From the NCBI GenBank assembly GCA_910585715.1, contig CAJUEX010000013.1:801-64800 (forward strand): a DNA stretch of 64,000 nt. The letters run 5' to 3'. A program made the translations under genes and the position numbers. Positions 36,578 through 45,295 of this stretch are shown here, one piece after another. The notes below the pieces were generated by a model. That model ran no database searches and was not told the DNA's origin. It saw nothing but the letters and a program-made list of their open reading frames with translations. This DNA comes from an uncultured Lachnospiraceae bacterium (GTDB taxonomy: Bacteria; Bacillota; Clostridia; Lachnospirales; Lachnospiraceae). Every line of letters begins with the position of its first letter. Within the stretch, counting starts at the first letter, position 1.

Positions 36578-38434
36578 TTATTTTATAGTAATTTTTACGG
36601 TTGCTTTTTTATTGCTTCCGTCCGTGGATATTGCAGTTATGGTCACGCTCTTTCCTTTCCCTGCCTTTTTTGCCGTTACCCTGCCCATACTGCTGACGGT
36701 TGCATATTTTTTATTGGAGCTTTTCCAGATTAAGGACTTATTTGCATTTTTTCCGGTAGTTTTCACAGCTGCCTTTATGGTCATGGACTTTCCCGCTTTC
36801 AAAGTTTTCTTTTGTGCTTTTAGTTTTATGTTCTTTACTGCATGTTTCATAATTTTAAAGCGATAAGCGGATTTCACCTTACTGTTTCCACAAGCTGATG
36901 CCGTTATGGTAACACTCTTTCCAATTCCCGCTTTTTTTACTGTGACAGTTCCATTTTTATCTACGGAAGCATATTTCTTATTGCTGCTCGTCCATTGCAC
37001 TGATGCGGCAGATGCCCCTTTGGGAGTCGTCTTTAAAGTCAGCCTGACTTTTTTTCCTGCCGCCAGTTTTCCGGAAGGTCCTGTGACGGAAAGCTTCTTT
37101 AAAGCTTTTACTGTAATTGTGATGGAAGCGTTGCAGGCAGCGCCACCGGATGTATAAGACACGGTCAGGGTTTTCTTTCCGGGGGTATTCATATTGATTT
37201 CTGATGCATTCGTGATATATTTACCGGATTTCAATTCTTTTGCTGGATGTTGTTTATAAAAAGCAGTTATCTTCAGGTCATCGATAGTCAGAGCTTCTCC
37301 TGCGTAGTAGACAGTTTTTTCTTTAGAAGCCTGAAGGCTTACAGGTATCTTTTCCTCGCCCGCTTCCCCACTGGTACCATCATCTGTCATAGACCAAAGG
37401 GCAGAGGACAGATTAATTTGCAGCGCCGGGCAAATACCATAGTTCGAGGAATTAAATGCCCCAATGTCCAGCTTTCCATTAACTGCCATGACATCATTGC
37501 CATTTTGAGCGGGAGAGCGCAACAACCAGGCGCAGCCGTCTTTTCTGCTTCCTTTTGCATAGGTATAACTGCTTGGCTGAACTATCCTGCTCATAGATGC
37601 TTCATTATAACTACAGAATCCGTATTGTTCATTTGTCACTTCTCCTATGGACAAAAGCCAGACTTTATCATTTGTGTTATTTCCACCTGGCGTACCATAG
37701 TCCGGATTATTATCATTCACCACTTTCTGTGCCACAACGGCATTTTGCTCACTGTTACTAAAAGCCGTGTGATAAAAACTGTCGTTTAACCACTTCCTTA
37801 AGGTGCAGGTTTCCCATGTAACATATCGCCCTTCTTCATCGAAAGGTTTATAATCAACTGCTTTGTCTGCCACTACCAATAAAGTCTTCCCATCATTCTT
37901 AAGTACTTTCCACCGGAGTCTCTCCCATTTAAAATAGCGGTAGCCTTTATTCGTTGGTTCCCAGTCAAACCATGAATTACCAGAATCCTTTTTACTGATT
38001 CGACGGTACTTAATACCATTCACCCATACATCCTTCCCTACTTCTGCCGCTGTTCCGGATGCGATAATTGCCTTGTCAATGGCATCTATGGTTGCTTTAT
38101 CCGTCACCTCACTTTGGGGATAGCTGCCAAAATAGATATAGCTAAACTCTGTGGTATGGCGACTGTGATCATGAATCGGATTTACAGGACCTGTAATGTC
38201 TCCTGCCTGTATTCCCGGCAGGCTTTGGCCGGAAATGGTAATTTCCGGTTCGTTTCCGCTGACTGCATCATTTTCCCCCAATATAAAATCAGAGGAAGAA
38301 GTGTCTGCTGCTTCCTCCCCTTCTCCTGCCCTGTTATCACTGACTGTCTGTGCAAAAGCAGGCAGTCCTCCCGTGGAAAACAATAGCACAGCCGCTAATA
38401 AAAGCGGCAAAAACCGTATGTTCTTTCTTTTCAT
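36578..38434 (-). CDS. Secreted multidomain protein, paralog 3: signal peptide, DUF6273-like core, group-3-like Ig domain, 2 x Big_2
   Basis: 618 aa. The signal peptide is MKRKNIRFLPLLLAAVLLFSTGGLPAFA. It has the core motifs PVNPIHDH, YFKWERLRWKVL, WLLRSP and ICPALQINLSS. The middle domain KTLTVSYTSGGAACNASITITV looks like a bacterial Ig-like group 3 domain. It lies only 17 nt upstream of paralog 2. Confidence 0.8.
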   Translation of the reverse strand: MKRKNIRFLPLLLAAVLLFSTGGLPAFAQTVSDNRAGEGEEAADTSSSDFILGENDAVSGNEPEITISGQSLPGIQAGDITGPVNPIHDHSRHTTEFSYIYFGSYPQSEVTDKATIDAIDKAIIASGTAAEVGKDVWVNGIKYRRISKKDSGNSWFDWEPTNKGYRYFKWERLRWKVLKNDGKTLLVVADKAVDYKPFDEEGRYVTWETCTLRKWLNDSFYHTAFSNSEQNAVVAQKVVNDNNPDYGTPGGNNTNDKVWLLSIGEVTNEQYGFCSYNEASMSRIVQPSSYTYAKGSRKDGCAWLLRSPAQNGNDVMAVNGKLDIGAFNSSNYGICPALQINLSSALWSMTDDGTSGEAGEEKIPVSLQASKEKTVYYAGEALTIDDLKITAFYKQHPAKELKSGKYITNASEINMNTPGKKTLTVSYTSGGAACNASITITVKALKKLSVTGPSGKLAAGKKVRLTLKTTPKGASAASVQWTSSNKKYASVDKNGTVTVKKAGIGKSVTITASACGNSKVKSAYRFKIMKHAVKNIKLKAQKKTLKAGKSMTIKAAVKTTGKNANKSLIWKSSNKKYATVSSMGRVTAKKAGKGKSVTITAISTDGSNKKATVKITIK

Positions 38435-38460
38435 TTGTATTCCCCCTTCTTAAAATTTTA

Positions 38461-38868
38461 TTATTTCAAATAGTCATTTAACTCATCAATCTTCACTACC
38501 GTCATGCCATGTTCCGGATTGCCAAGCACTAACAGCTGGTCTCCCTTTTGGATATGTAATACCTTTCTTGCCTTCTGGGGAATGGGCATCAAGCCCCCTT
38601 CCCCTACTTTTACAATTCCAAACACATATTTCCCGGTCTGTGCGGCAAGCTCTCCTTCCCCTATCCGGCGTTCTCTTTCGCTTAATGTCAGTTCGTCCAG
38701 GGAGCTTTCATACAAATCCATCAGTTTTTTGCACTTTACTACATCGGGCAGGGTTTCACCCGCTTCCCATTTTGCAATGGTCTGGCGAGAAACGTCTATT
38801 CTCTCTGCCACATACTCCAATGAGAAGTTTTTTTCTTTTCTCAGCTTCTTTAGTCTTTTTCCTATCAT
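38461..38868 (-). CDS. XRE-family HTH regulator fused to a SpoVT/AbrB-like domain
   Basis: 135 aa. The HTH is LKKLRKEKNFSLEYVAERIDVSRQTIAKWEAG. The C-terminal part GIVKVGEGGLMPIPQKARKVLHIQKGDQLLVLG is looped-hinge AbrB-like. Confidence 0.8.
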   Translation of the reverse strand: MIGKRLKKLRKEKNFSLEYVAERIDVSRQTIAKWEAGETLPDVVKCKKLMDLYESSLDELTLSERERRIGEGELAAQTGKYVFGIVKVGEGGLMPIPQKARKVLHIQKGDQLLVLGNPEHGMTVVKIDELNDYLK

Positions 38869-38898
38869 GTCTTTTCCGTCTCCTGCCTTACTACCTAA

Positions 38899-39020
38899 AA
38901 TTATATAAATTGCACAAAACTATTACAATAAACTTTCCTTAACATATATGTCATGAAAAGTTACAGTCATAACTATGTGCCTTCTTACCAGTAATATCCC
39001 TTAGGCAGTAAAAAGGTTGC
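38899..39020. repeat. Duplicated intergenic module, copy 1 (upstream of the XRE-AbrB gene)
   Basis: About 120 bp are clearly alignable by eye with 41286-41417. Shared blocks include ttatataaatt.cac.aaac.attacaataaactttccttaaca and ctaatatccc...aaaaaggttgc. Confidence 0.85.
38900..38928 (-). promoter_or_regulatory. Predicted sigma-A promoter for the XRE-AbrB gene and possibly the paralog 3-2-1 genes downstream
   Basis: The minus strand has TTGTAA (38928-38923), a 17-nt spacer and TATAAT (38905-38900). This lies about 30 nt upstream of the start codon and its AGGAGA ribosome-binding site. Confidence 0.5.
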
Positions 39021-39076
39021 ATAGCAAATAAAAAAATTATGACAGGACCACTCACTTGGTGGAAGTTGTAAGAAAA

Positions 39077-41161
39077 TTATTTTATCTGAATCTTCACCGC
39101 CGCCTTTTTATTGCTCCCGTCCGTGGATTTGGCGGTAATAGTAACCGTCTTTCCTTTCCCGGCTTTTTTGGCGGTTACCTTTCCCTTACTGCTGACGCTT
39201 GCATATTTTTTGTTGGAACTTGTCCATTTCAGGGATTTGTTGGCATTCTTTCCGGTGGTTTTTACAGTGGCTTTTATGGTCATGCTCTTTCCGGCTTTTA
39301 AAGTCTTCTTTGGCGCTTTCAGCTTTATGGTTTTTACGGCATGTTTCATAATTTTTATTTTTATGGACGTCTTTTTGCCGCTTCCGTCCTGGGCTGTTGC
39401 TGTTATGGTTACCGTTTTCCCTATGCCTTTCTTTTTCAGGGTTATCTTTCCGTTTTTATCCACAGCGGCATACTTTTTATTGCTGCTTTTCCATTTGACG
39501 GCTTTATTTCCGGCATTTTCCGGGGTGAACTTCAGGGTCAGTTTCACTTTCTTTCCGGCGGCAAGTTTTTTGGAAGGGGCTTTAATAGTGAGCTTTTGGA
39601 CTTTCTGTCTGCTGCTGCCATTATTTTGACTGCCGTTTCCATTGTTGCTTCCATTTCCATTATTGTTTCCATTTCCGTTATTTCCTCCACTGCCGCTCTT
39701 TTTCAGCGTGTAAGTAAACTCTGCCACGTCGCTTTGACGGCAGCTCCGGCTTACCGCAATCGCCTTAACGGTCATGTTCCGGTTTATTGTAATTGTTCCC
39801 GAATAAAGAGTGCCTGCCGTGGTAGGCGTAGTTCCGTCTGTAGTATAGTATATACTGGCTCCGGGGGTGGCACAGCTTAAGCTCAGCTTTGTGTTTTTTG
39901 CAACACTGCTTCCTGTCGGAAGGGAAGCTGTGGGCATGGCTGCCTTTTCGTCCCCGCCCTCGCCGCTGGTTCCGTCATCTGCCATGTACCAAAGGGCAGA
40001 TGAAACGTTTATATGCATGGCCGGACAGACGCCGCATATGTTCCCTAATACAATAGGTCCGCCAGAATATATGACGGCCCCCCATTGGACCACATACATA
40101 GCACGTTCACGGCAATCCGACGTCACACCTGGAGCGAGAGGCGAACGCAACCACCATGTGCAGGAATCCTTATCAACAGTTCCAACACTACTACTCTGAC
40201 GATCATTCTCATAATGACTTACACCTCTTGTAATAGCATAGCTGCTTGCTTTCATCATACGGCTTCGGCTTCCGGCTTCCTTTTTAGTACAAAATCCATA
40301 TTCTCCATCCGACACTTCTTCTGCAGACAAAAGATATATCTTATCATCCGTATCATCATTTGTATTATCATTTGTATGGTATTCGTAACTGATATTTTCT
40401 ACAGTATGCATTATAACAGCGCTTTGCTCAATATTGCTAAAGGCTGTATTGTAAAAGCCGTTATTCAGCCAGTTCCTCATAGTGCTGGTTTTCCATACAT
40501 TATTTCTATATTTTTCATTAAAACGTTTACAGTCAATTGCCTTATCCGCTACTACGAACAAAGTATTTCCGTCATTTTTCAGTACCCTCCACTTTATCCG
40601 TTCCCATTTAAAATAACGGTAGCCATTGTTTGGCACATCATCAAAATATCCGTCATAAGTTGTATCATCTTTGCTGATTCTCCGGTACTTAATTCCGTTT
40701 ACCCATACATCCGTCCCTGCATCCGCTGGTATTCCGGATGTGCTGACGGCCTTATCAATAGCTGCTATGATGGCGCCGTCTGTCACCTCGCTCTGTGGAT
40801 AGCTTCCAAAGTATATGTAGCTGAAATCCGTATAGTCTAAATTACTTCCCTCTTTTATACAGTGGTGGACCGGATTTGCCGGTCCGGTTACTGCCCCTGC
40901 CTGTATTTCCGGCAGGGTCTGCCCGGAAACGGTGTCTTCCTCTTCGTCCGGACTTTCCCCGGCTCCCGGTTCTTCATTTGTACAAGGTCCGTTTTCGCTG
41001 ACTGTTATTGCCGGCTCTTCCTCCCTTGCTGTCTCATTGCTGTCGGCTATGCCACTTGAAGCAAAAGCCGTGCCTGTCTGGAACAGCAGAAGGATGGACA
41101 GCAATACTGCCAAAACTGCCTTTTCTTTTTTCCTCTGTAACCATTTTTGTTTCCTTTCCAT
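39077..41161 (-). CDS. Secreted multidomain protein, paralog 4: signal peptide, acidic linker, DUF6273-like core, CHB_HEX_C-like domain, Asn/Gly linker, 2 x Big_2
   Basis: 694 aa. It has a signal peptide (...LAVLLSILLLFQTGTAFA) and the same core motifs. ASIYYTTDGTTPT...MTVKAIAV is present. The low-complexity linker reads SGSGGNNGNGNNNGNGSNNGNGSQNNGSS. Confidence 0.8.
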   Translation of the reverse strand: MERKQKWLQRKKEKAVLAVLLSILLLFQTGTAFASSGIADSNETAREEEPAITVSENGPCTNEEPGAGESPDEEEDTVSGQTLPEIQAGAVTGPANPVHHCIKEGSNLDYTDFSYIYFGSYPQSEVTDGAIIAAIDKAVSTSGIPADAGTDVWVNGIKYRRISKDDTTYDGYFDDVPNNGYRYFKWERIKWRVLKNDGNTLFVVADKAIDCKRFNEKYRNNVWKTSTMRNWLNNGFYNTAFSNIEQSAVIMHTVENISYEYHTNDNTNDDTDDKIYLLSAEEVSDGEYGFCTKKEAGSRSRMMKASSYAITRGVSHYENDRQSSSVGTVDKDSCTWWLRSPLAPGVTSDCRERAMYVVQWGAVIYSGGPIVLGNICGVCPAMHINVSSALWYMADDGTSGEGGDEKAAMPTASLPTGSSVAKNTKLSLSCATPGASIYYTTDGTTPTTAGTLYSGTITINRNMTVKAIAVSRSCRQSDVAEFTYTLKKSGSGGNNGNGNNNGNGSNNGNGSQNNGSSRQKVQKLTIKAPSKKLAAGKKVKLTLKFTPENAGNKAVKWKSSNKKYAAVDKNGKITLKKKGIGKTVTITATAQDGSGKKTSIKIKIMKHAVKTIKLKAPKKTLKAGKSMTIKATVKTTGKNANKSLKWTSSNKKYASVSSKGKVTAKKAGKGKTVTITAKSTDGSNKKAAVKIQIK

Positions 41162-41285
41162 CTCAGCTTCCCCTTTCCTCTTGCTTACTGTCTGAAATTG
41201 TGATAAATATGTAACCTTTTAATGATTCGACTACATCTTAATGCCGATTGCGGATTAAATTTTATTGTAATTGTTTATACCTAAT

Positions 41286-41314
41286 ATTATATAAATTACA
41301 CTAAACGATTACAA
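41286..41314 (-). promoter_or_regulatory. Predicted sigma-A promoter for paralog 4 (duplicate of the XRE promoter)
   Basis: The minus strand has TTGTAA (41314-41309), a 17-nt spacer and TATAAT (41291-41286). This leaves a leader of roughly 120 nt before the ATG at 41161. Confidence 0.45.
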
Positions 41315-41417
41315 TAAACTTTCCTTAACATACCTCCAACATATATGTTACGAAAACTTACAGCCATGATTATGCAAGCTCTTATTACTAATATCCCATA
41401 GAAGCCAAAAAGGTTGC
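41286..41417. repeat. Duplicated intergenic module, copy 2 (upstream of paralog 4)
   Basis: This is the counterpart of 38899-39020, with a small insertion (acctccaac). Confidence 0.85.
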
Positions 41418-41494
41418 TTCCTAAAAAAACGGACAATGCTCCTTTTGCATCGTCCGTTTTCAAAAAACATTCTTATTTTATTCTGTTTATTCCG

Positions 41495-42874
41495 TTATTC
41501 CGCCTTCAAAAACGCCTCATACCCTCTTTTCACTTCATAAAGGTCAGCCTTGCTGGTAGCCTCATAAGGCGCATGCATATTCAATACCGGAACGCCGCAG
41601 TCAATTACATTCATTCCATACAGGGAAAGGATATAGGCAATGGTCCCGCCGCCGCCTGCGTCCACCTTTCCAAGCTCCGCCGTCTGGAACGCCACATCCG
41701 CCTCTTCCATGATTTTCCTGAGAAATCCGATGTATTCCGCATTGGCGTCATTGGAGCCTGCTTTTCCTCTTGCTCCGGTATATTTTTTCAAGATCATTCC
41801 GTGTCCTAAATATGCCACGTTATTTTTATCAAAGCTGGAAGCATAGCCCGGGTCAAAGCCGGCTCCCACATCGGAAGACAGCATTCTGGAATTGGCAAGG
41901 CACCTTCTGAGGGCAAGCTCAGAAAACTGCCCCGTAAGCTCCATGATTTCCGCCACGCAGTTTTCAAAGAACTTTGACTGCATGCCGGTTGCTCCCACGC
42001 TGCCGATTTCCTCCTTGTCCACAAGGATGCAGCAGCCGGTGCGTTTTACCTTCTTCACCTGCAGCATGGCTTCTAAAGAGCTGTAGGCGCATACTCTGTC
42101 ATCCTGCCCGTAAGCTAAAATCATGCTACGGTCAAAGCCTGCCTCCTTTGCCTTTCCAGCCGGAACCACTTCCAGCTCCGCCGATATGAAATCCTCTTCC
42201 TCTATGTCGTATTCCTCTTTTAAAATCTTTAAGATTCCTGCCTTTACCTTGTCCTTTTCTTCCTTTTCCAAAGGCTTATTGCCCACGATGATATCCAGAG
42301 CTTCCCCTTCGATTACTTTATTTGCCTTTTTCTCCATCTGCTCCCCTGCCAGATGCACCAGTAAATCCGAAATAAAAAATACCGGGTCGTCCTCATCCTC
42401 GCCTATATTTATGAGAATGGAAGAACCGTCTTTTTTTACAACCACTCCGTGAATGGCAAGGGGAATGGTTACCCACTGGTACTTTTTGATACCACCGTAA
42501 TAGTGGGTGTCCAAATAGGCAAAGTCCCCTTCCTCATACAAAGGATTCTGCTTGATATCCAGCCTTGGGGAATCAATATGGGCGCCTAAAATATTCATGC
42601 CCTCTTCCAAATCCTTTGAACCCATATGGAACAGAATCACATTTTTATCCATATTGACCGCATAAACCTTATCTCCGGCCTTCAGCTTTTTCTTTTCCCT
42701 GCGGATACGCTCTAACTCCACATAGCCTTCCTCTTCAATCCGGTTTACGATTTGGGATACGCATTCCCTCTCTGTTTTTCCTTCATCCAGAAAATTACGG
42801 TAATTTTTACTAAGTGTTTCCAGTTCCTTTAACTGTTCTTTTGTATACTTGTTCCAAATGCTTTCTCTTTTCAT
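41495..42874 (-). CDS. M18-family aminopeptidase
   Basis: 459 aa. GAHIDSPRLDIKQNP, THYYGGIKKYQW and EEIGSVGATG are typical of aspartyl/aminopeptidase-1-type M18 enzymes. Confidence 0.85.
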   Translation of the reverse strand: MKRESIWNKYTKEQLKELETLSKNYRNFLDEGKTERECVSQIVNRIEEEGYVELERIRREKKKLKAGDKVYAVNMDKNVILFHMGSKDLEEGMNILGAHIDSPRLDIKQNPLYEEGDFAYLDTHYYGGIKKYQWVTIPLAIHGVVVKKDGSSILINIGEDEDDPVFFISDLLVHLAGEQMEKKANKVIEGEALDIIVGNKPLEKEEKDKVKAGILKILKEEYDIEEEDFISAELEVVPAGKAKEAGFDRSMILAYGQDDRVCAYSSLEAMLQVKKVKRTGCCILVDKEEIGSVGATGMQSKFFENCVAEIMELTGQFSELALRRCLANSRMLSSDVGAGFDPGYASSFDKNNVAYLGHGMILKKYTGARGKAGSNDANAEYIGFLRKIMEEADVAFQTAELGKVDAGGGGTIAYILSLYGMNVIDCGVPVLNMHAPYEATSKADLYEVKRGYEAFLKAE

Positions 42875-42996
42875 TCTGTCTCTGCTCCTTCCTGTTTAGA
42901 CTGTTTCTTTCTATTCAGCATTTCCTGTCTGCTGCTTTTCTATGTCTTATTTTCCGTAACAATTCAGACAGCGGCTTTTCTATTATCATAAACTAT

Positions 42997-43794
42997 TTAC
43001 AGGCTTACAATACTTTTCTTTGGACATTTTTTCTCACATGCGCCGCAGCCCACACATTTTTCCTGGTCAATGGAGGCATGGAAATCAGATACGGTTACGG
43101 CTTCGTGCTCACACTGCTTTACACAAATGCCGCAGCCGATACAGCCTGCCTGACAGTCCTTCATGGTAACAGGCCCCTTTTCTTTAGAGGAACATGCCAC
43201 CGCATACCGGCTCTTGTAAGGAATCAGCTCAATTAAATGCTTGGGACATACCTCCACGCATTTCCCGCAAGCTTTACATGCCTCTTTGTCCACTACCGCC
43301 ACTCCGTTTACCACATGAATGGCGTCAAAAGGACAAACCTTTACACAGGAGCCAAATCCCAGACAGCCGTCATTACAGCTTTTGGGACCGCCGTTAGGCA
43401 CAAAAGCAAGCATCCGGCAGTCCTCCACTCCGGTATAGTCATAATCCAGCCTTGCCTTGTCACAGTCACCGGCACACTTTACGAAAGCTATCATTTTTTC
43501 TCCTGCCTCCGCTTCCACACCCATAATTTCCGCAATCTTTTCTCCTACCGGCTCGCCGCCAACCGGACAGGCATTTACGGCTGCCTCTCCTTTTGCAATG
43601 GCTGCAGCCAGTCCGGAACAGCCTGCAAACCCGCAGCCGCCGCAGTTATTTCCGGGAAGCGCCGCCAAAACGGCTTCTTCCTTTTCATCCACTTCCACCT
43701 TGAACTTGATGCCTGCCGCTCCTAAAAACAGCCCGATGAGCAGGCCTGTCACGCTGATGACTCCTGCCGCAATGAAAATTCCAACAATATTCAT
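42997..43794 (-). CDS. rnfB: Rnf electron transport complex subunit B
   Basis: 265 aa. It has an N-terminal TM helix, the CGGCGFAGC cluster and several CxxCxxCxxxCP ferredoxin motifs. Confidence 0.9.
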   Translation of the reverse strand: MNIVGIFIAAGVISVTGLLIGLFLGAAGIKFKVEVDEKEEAVLAALPGNNCGGCGFAGCSGLAAAIAKGEAAVNACPVGGEPVGEKIAEIMGVEAEAGEKMIAFVKCAGDCDKARLDYDYTGVEDCRMLAFVPNGGPKSCNDGCLGFGSCVKVCPFDAIHVVNGVAVVDKEACKACGKCVEVCPKHLIELIPYKSRYAVACSSKEKGPVTMKDCQAGCIGCGICVKQCEHEAVTVSDFHASIDQEKCVGCGACEKKCPKKSIVSL

Positions 43795-43806
43795 AGTCTC
43801 ACCCTC

Positions 43807-44382
43807 CTATAACAGGCCGGAAAAGCCGCAAAAGGCAATTGCCATAAGCCCTGCCGTCACTAAGACGATTGGCATTCCCCGAAAGGGCGCCGGCACGTCA
43901 TTGTGCTCCATCTTTTCCCGGATTCCCGCAAGAATAATAATGGAAATGGTAAATCCAAGAGCGGTAGAAAAACCGTTTACCACACTTTTTAAAATTCCAT
44001 AGGTTTTCTGCACATTGGTAAGGGCAACTCCCAGCACTGCACAGTTGGTTGTAATCAAAGGAAGATACACGCCTAAGGATTCATAAAGAGGCGGCATATA
44101 CTTTTTCAAAAACATTTCCACAAACTGTACCAGCGCCGCAATCAGCAAAATAAACACAATGGTCTGCAAATATGTTATGTTTAAAGGCTGCAGCAAAAAC
44201 TGGTAAATAACGCTACACACAAGGGAAGCCAGCGTTATTACAAAGATAACTGCCGTTCCCATGCCTGCTGCCGTTTCCACCTTTTTGGAAACCCCAAGGA
44301 AGGGGCAGAGTCCCAGAAACTGGCTAAGCACCACATTGCTTACAAGTGCGGAACCGATGGCTATGATAATCAACTCACTCAT
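43807..44382 (-). CDS. rnfA: Rnf complex subunit A
   Basis: 191 aa, polytopic, with LGLCPFLGVS and PLITTNCAVLG. Confidence 0.9.
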   Translation of the reverse strand: MSELIIIAIGSALVSNVVLSQFLGLCPFLGVSKKVETAAGMGTAVIFVITLASLVCSVIYQFLLQPLNITYLQTIVFILLIAALVQFVEMFLKKYMPPLYESLGVYLPLITTNCAVLGVALTNVQKTYGILKSVVNGFSTALGFTISIIILAGIREKMEHNDVPAPFRGMPIVLVTAGLMAIAFCGFSGLL

Positions 44383-45295
44383 TGTTTTGTTCCTCCCTTT
44401 CCTTTTTTTCCTCTTTATTTTCTTCTATATTTCCCTTTTGGGAATCCTTCTGTTTCTCCTCTTTCTTCTGTTGCCCGGCTTCTTTCTGTTTCTCTTCTTT
44501 ATTCCGCAGCCCGGCTTCCTTTTGATTTTCTTCTTTCTTTCCTACAGATCCTTCTCCTGCCTCGGTATCATAAAACTTTCTCCTGCCACAGCCCTTTTCC
44601 CCGCAGTTCATACAGTCTTCGCTGCAGCCGGAACCGATTTTGCTCATATCCTTTCCTTTTTTCTCACCTTCCAGCTTTACTTTATTCTGGATGGCAGTCA
44701 GGCAGGCAAGTACAAAGAATGCTCCCGGCGCCAGAACAAAAATGCTGGCCGGAGTAAAAAATGCAATTTCCTTTCCTCCAAGCAGCCATGGATGGTCAGC
44801 AGTAGGCATAACATGAAATCCAAACAAATCCCCTGCTCCCAACAGCTCCCTTACTGCGCCAATACAGGTTAAGGCAATGGAAAATCCAAGACCCATTCCA
44901 AGACCGTCAAAAAAGGATGGAATCACCGGATTTTTAGAGGCATAAGCTTCTGCTCTTCCTAAAATGATGCAGTTTACCACGATTAAAGGAATGTAAATTC
45001 CAAGGGCTCCATATAAAGAAGGAAGAAAGCCTTCCAAAAGCAGCTCCAGCGTGGTTACAAAGGAAGCAATAATAACGATAAAAGCCGGAATCCTTACTTT
45101 ATCCGGAATAATATTTCTAAGAAGCGCTATAAAAACATTGCTTAAGGCGAGCACCACCGTAGTGGTCAGTCCCATGCCAAGGCCGTTGATGGCAGATGTG
45201 GTAACTGCCAGGGTGGGACACATGCCTAACATAAGCACAAAGGTTGGATTTTCCTTCACAATGCCGTTTATCAGTCTTTCTTTTCCACTATTCAT
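44375..45295 (-). CDS. rnfE: Rnf complex subunit E with an about 100-aa C-terminal extension
   Basis: 306 aa. The core (residues 1 to about 205) has LGMCPTLAVT and PLIVVNCIILGRAE. The extension has CSEDCMNCGEKGC and a Lys/Glu-rich repetitive tail. Confidence 0.85.
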   Translation of the reverse strand: MNSGKERLINGIVKENPTFVLMLGMCPTLAVTTSAINGLGMGLTTTVVLALSNVFIALLRNIIPDKVRIPAFIVIIASFVTTLELLLEGFLPSLYGALGIYIPLIVVNCIILGRAEAYASKNPVIPSFFDGLGMGLGFSIALTCIGAVRELLGAGDLFGFHVMPTADHPWLLGGKEIAFFTPASIFVLAPGAFFVLACLTAIQNKVKLEGEKKGKDMSKIGSGCSEDCMNCGEKGCGRRKFYDTEAGEGSVGKKEENQKEAGLRNKEEKQKEAGQQKKEEKQKDSQKGNIEENKEEKKEREEQNNE

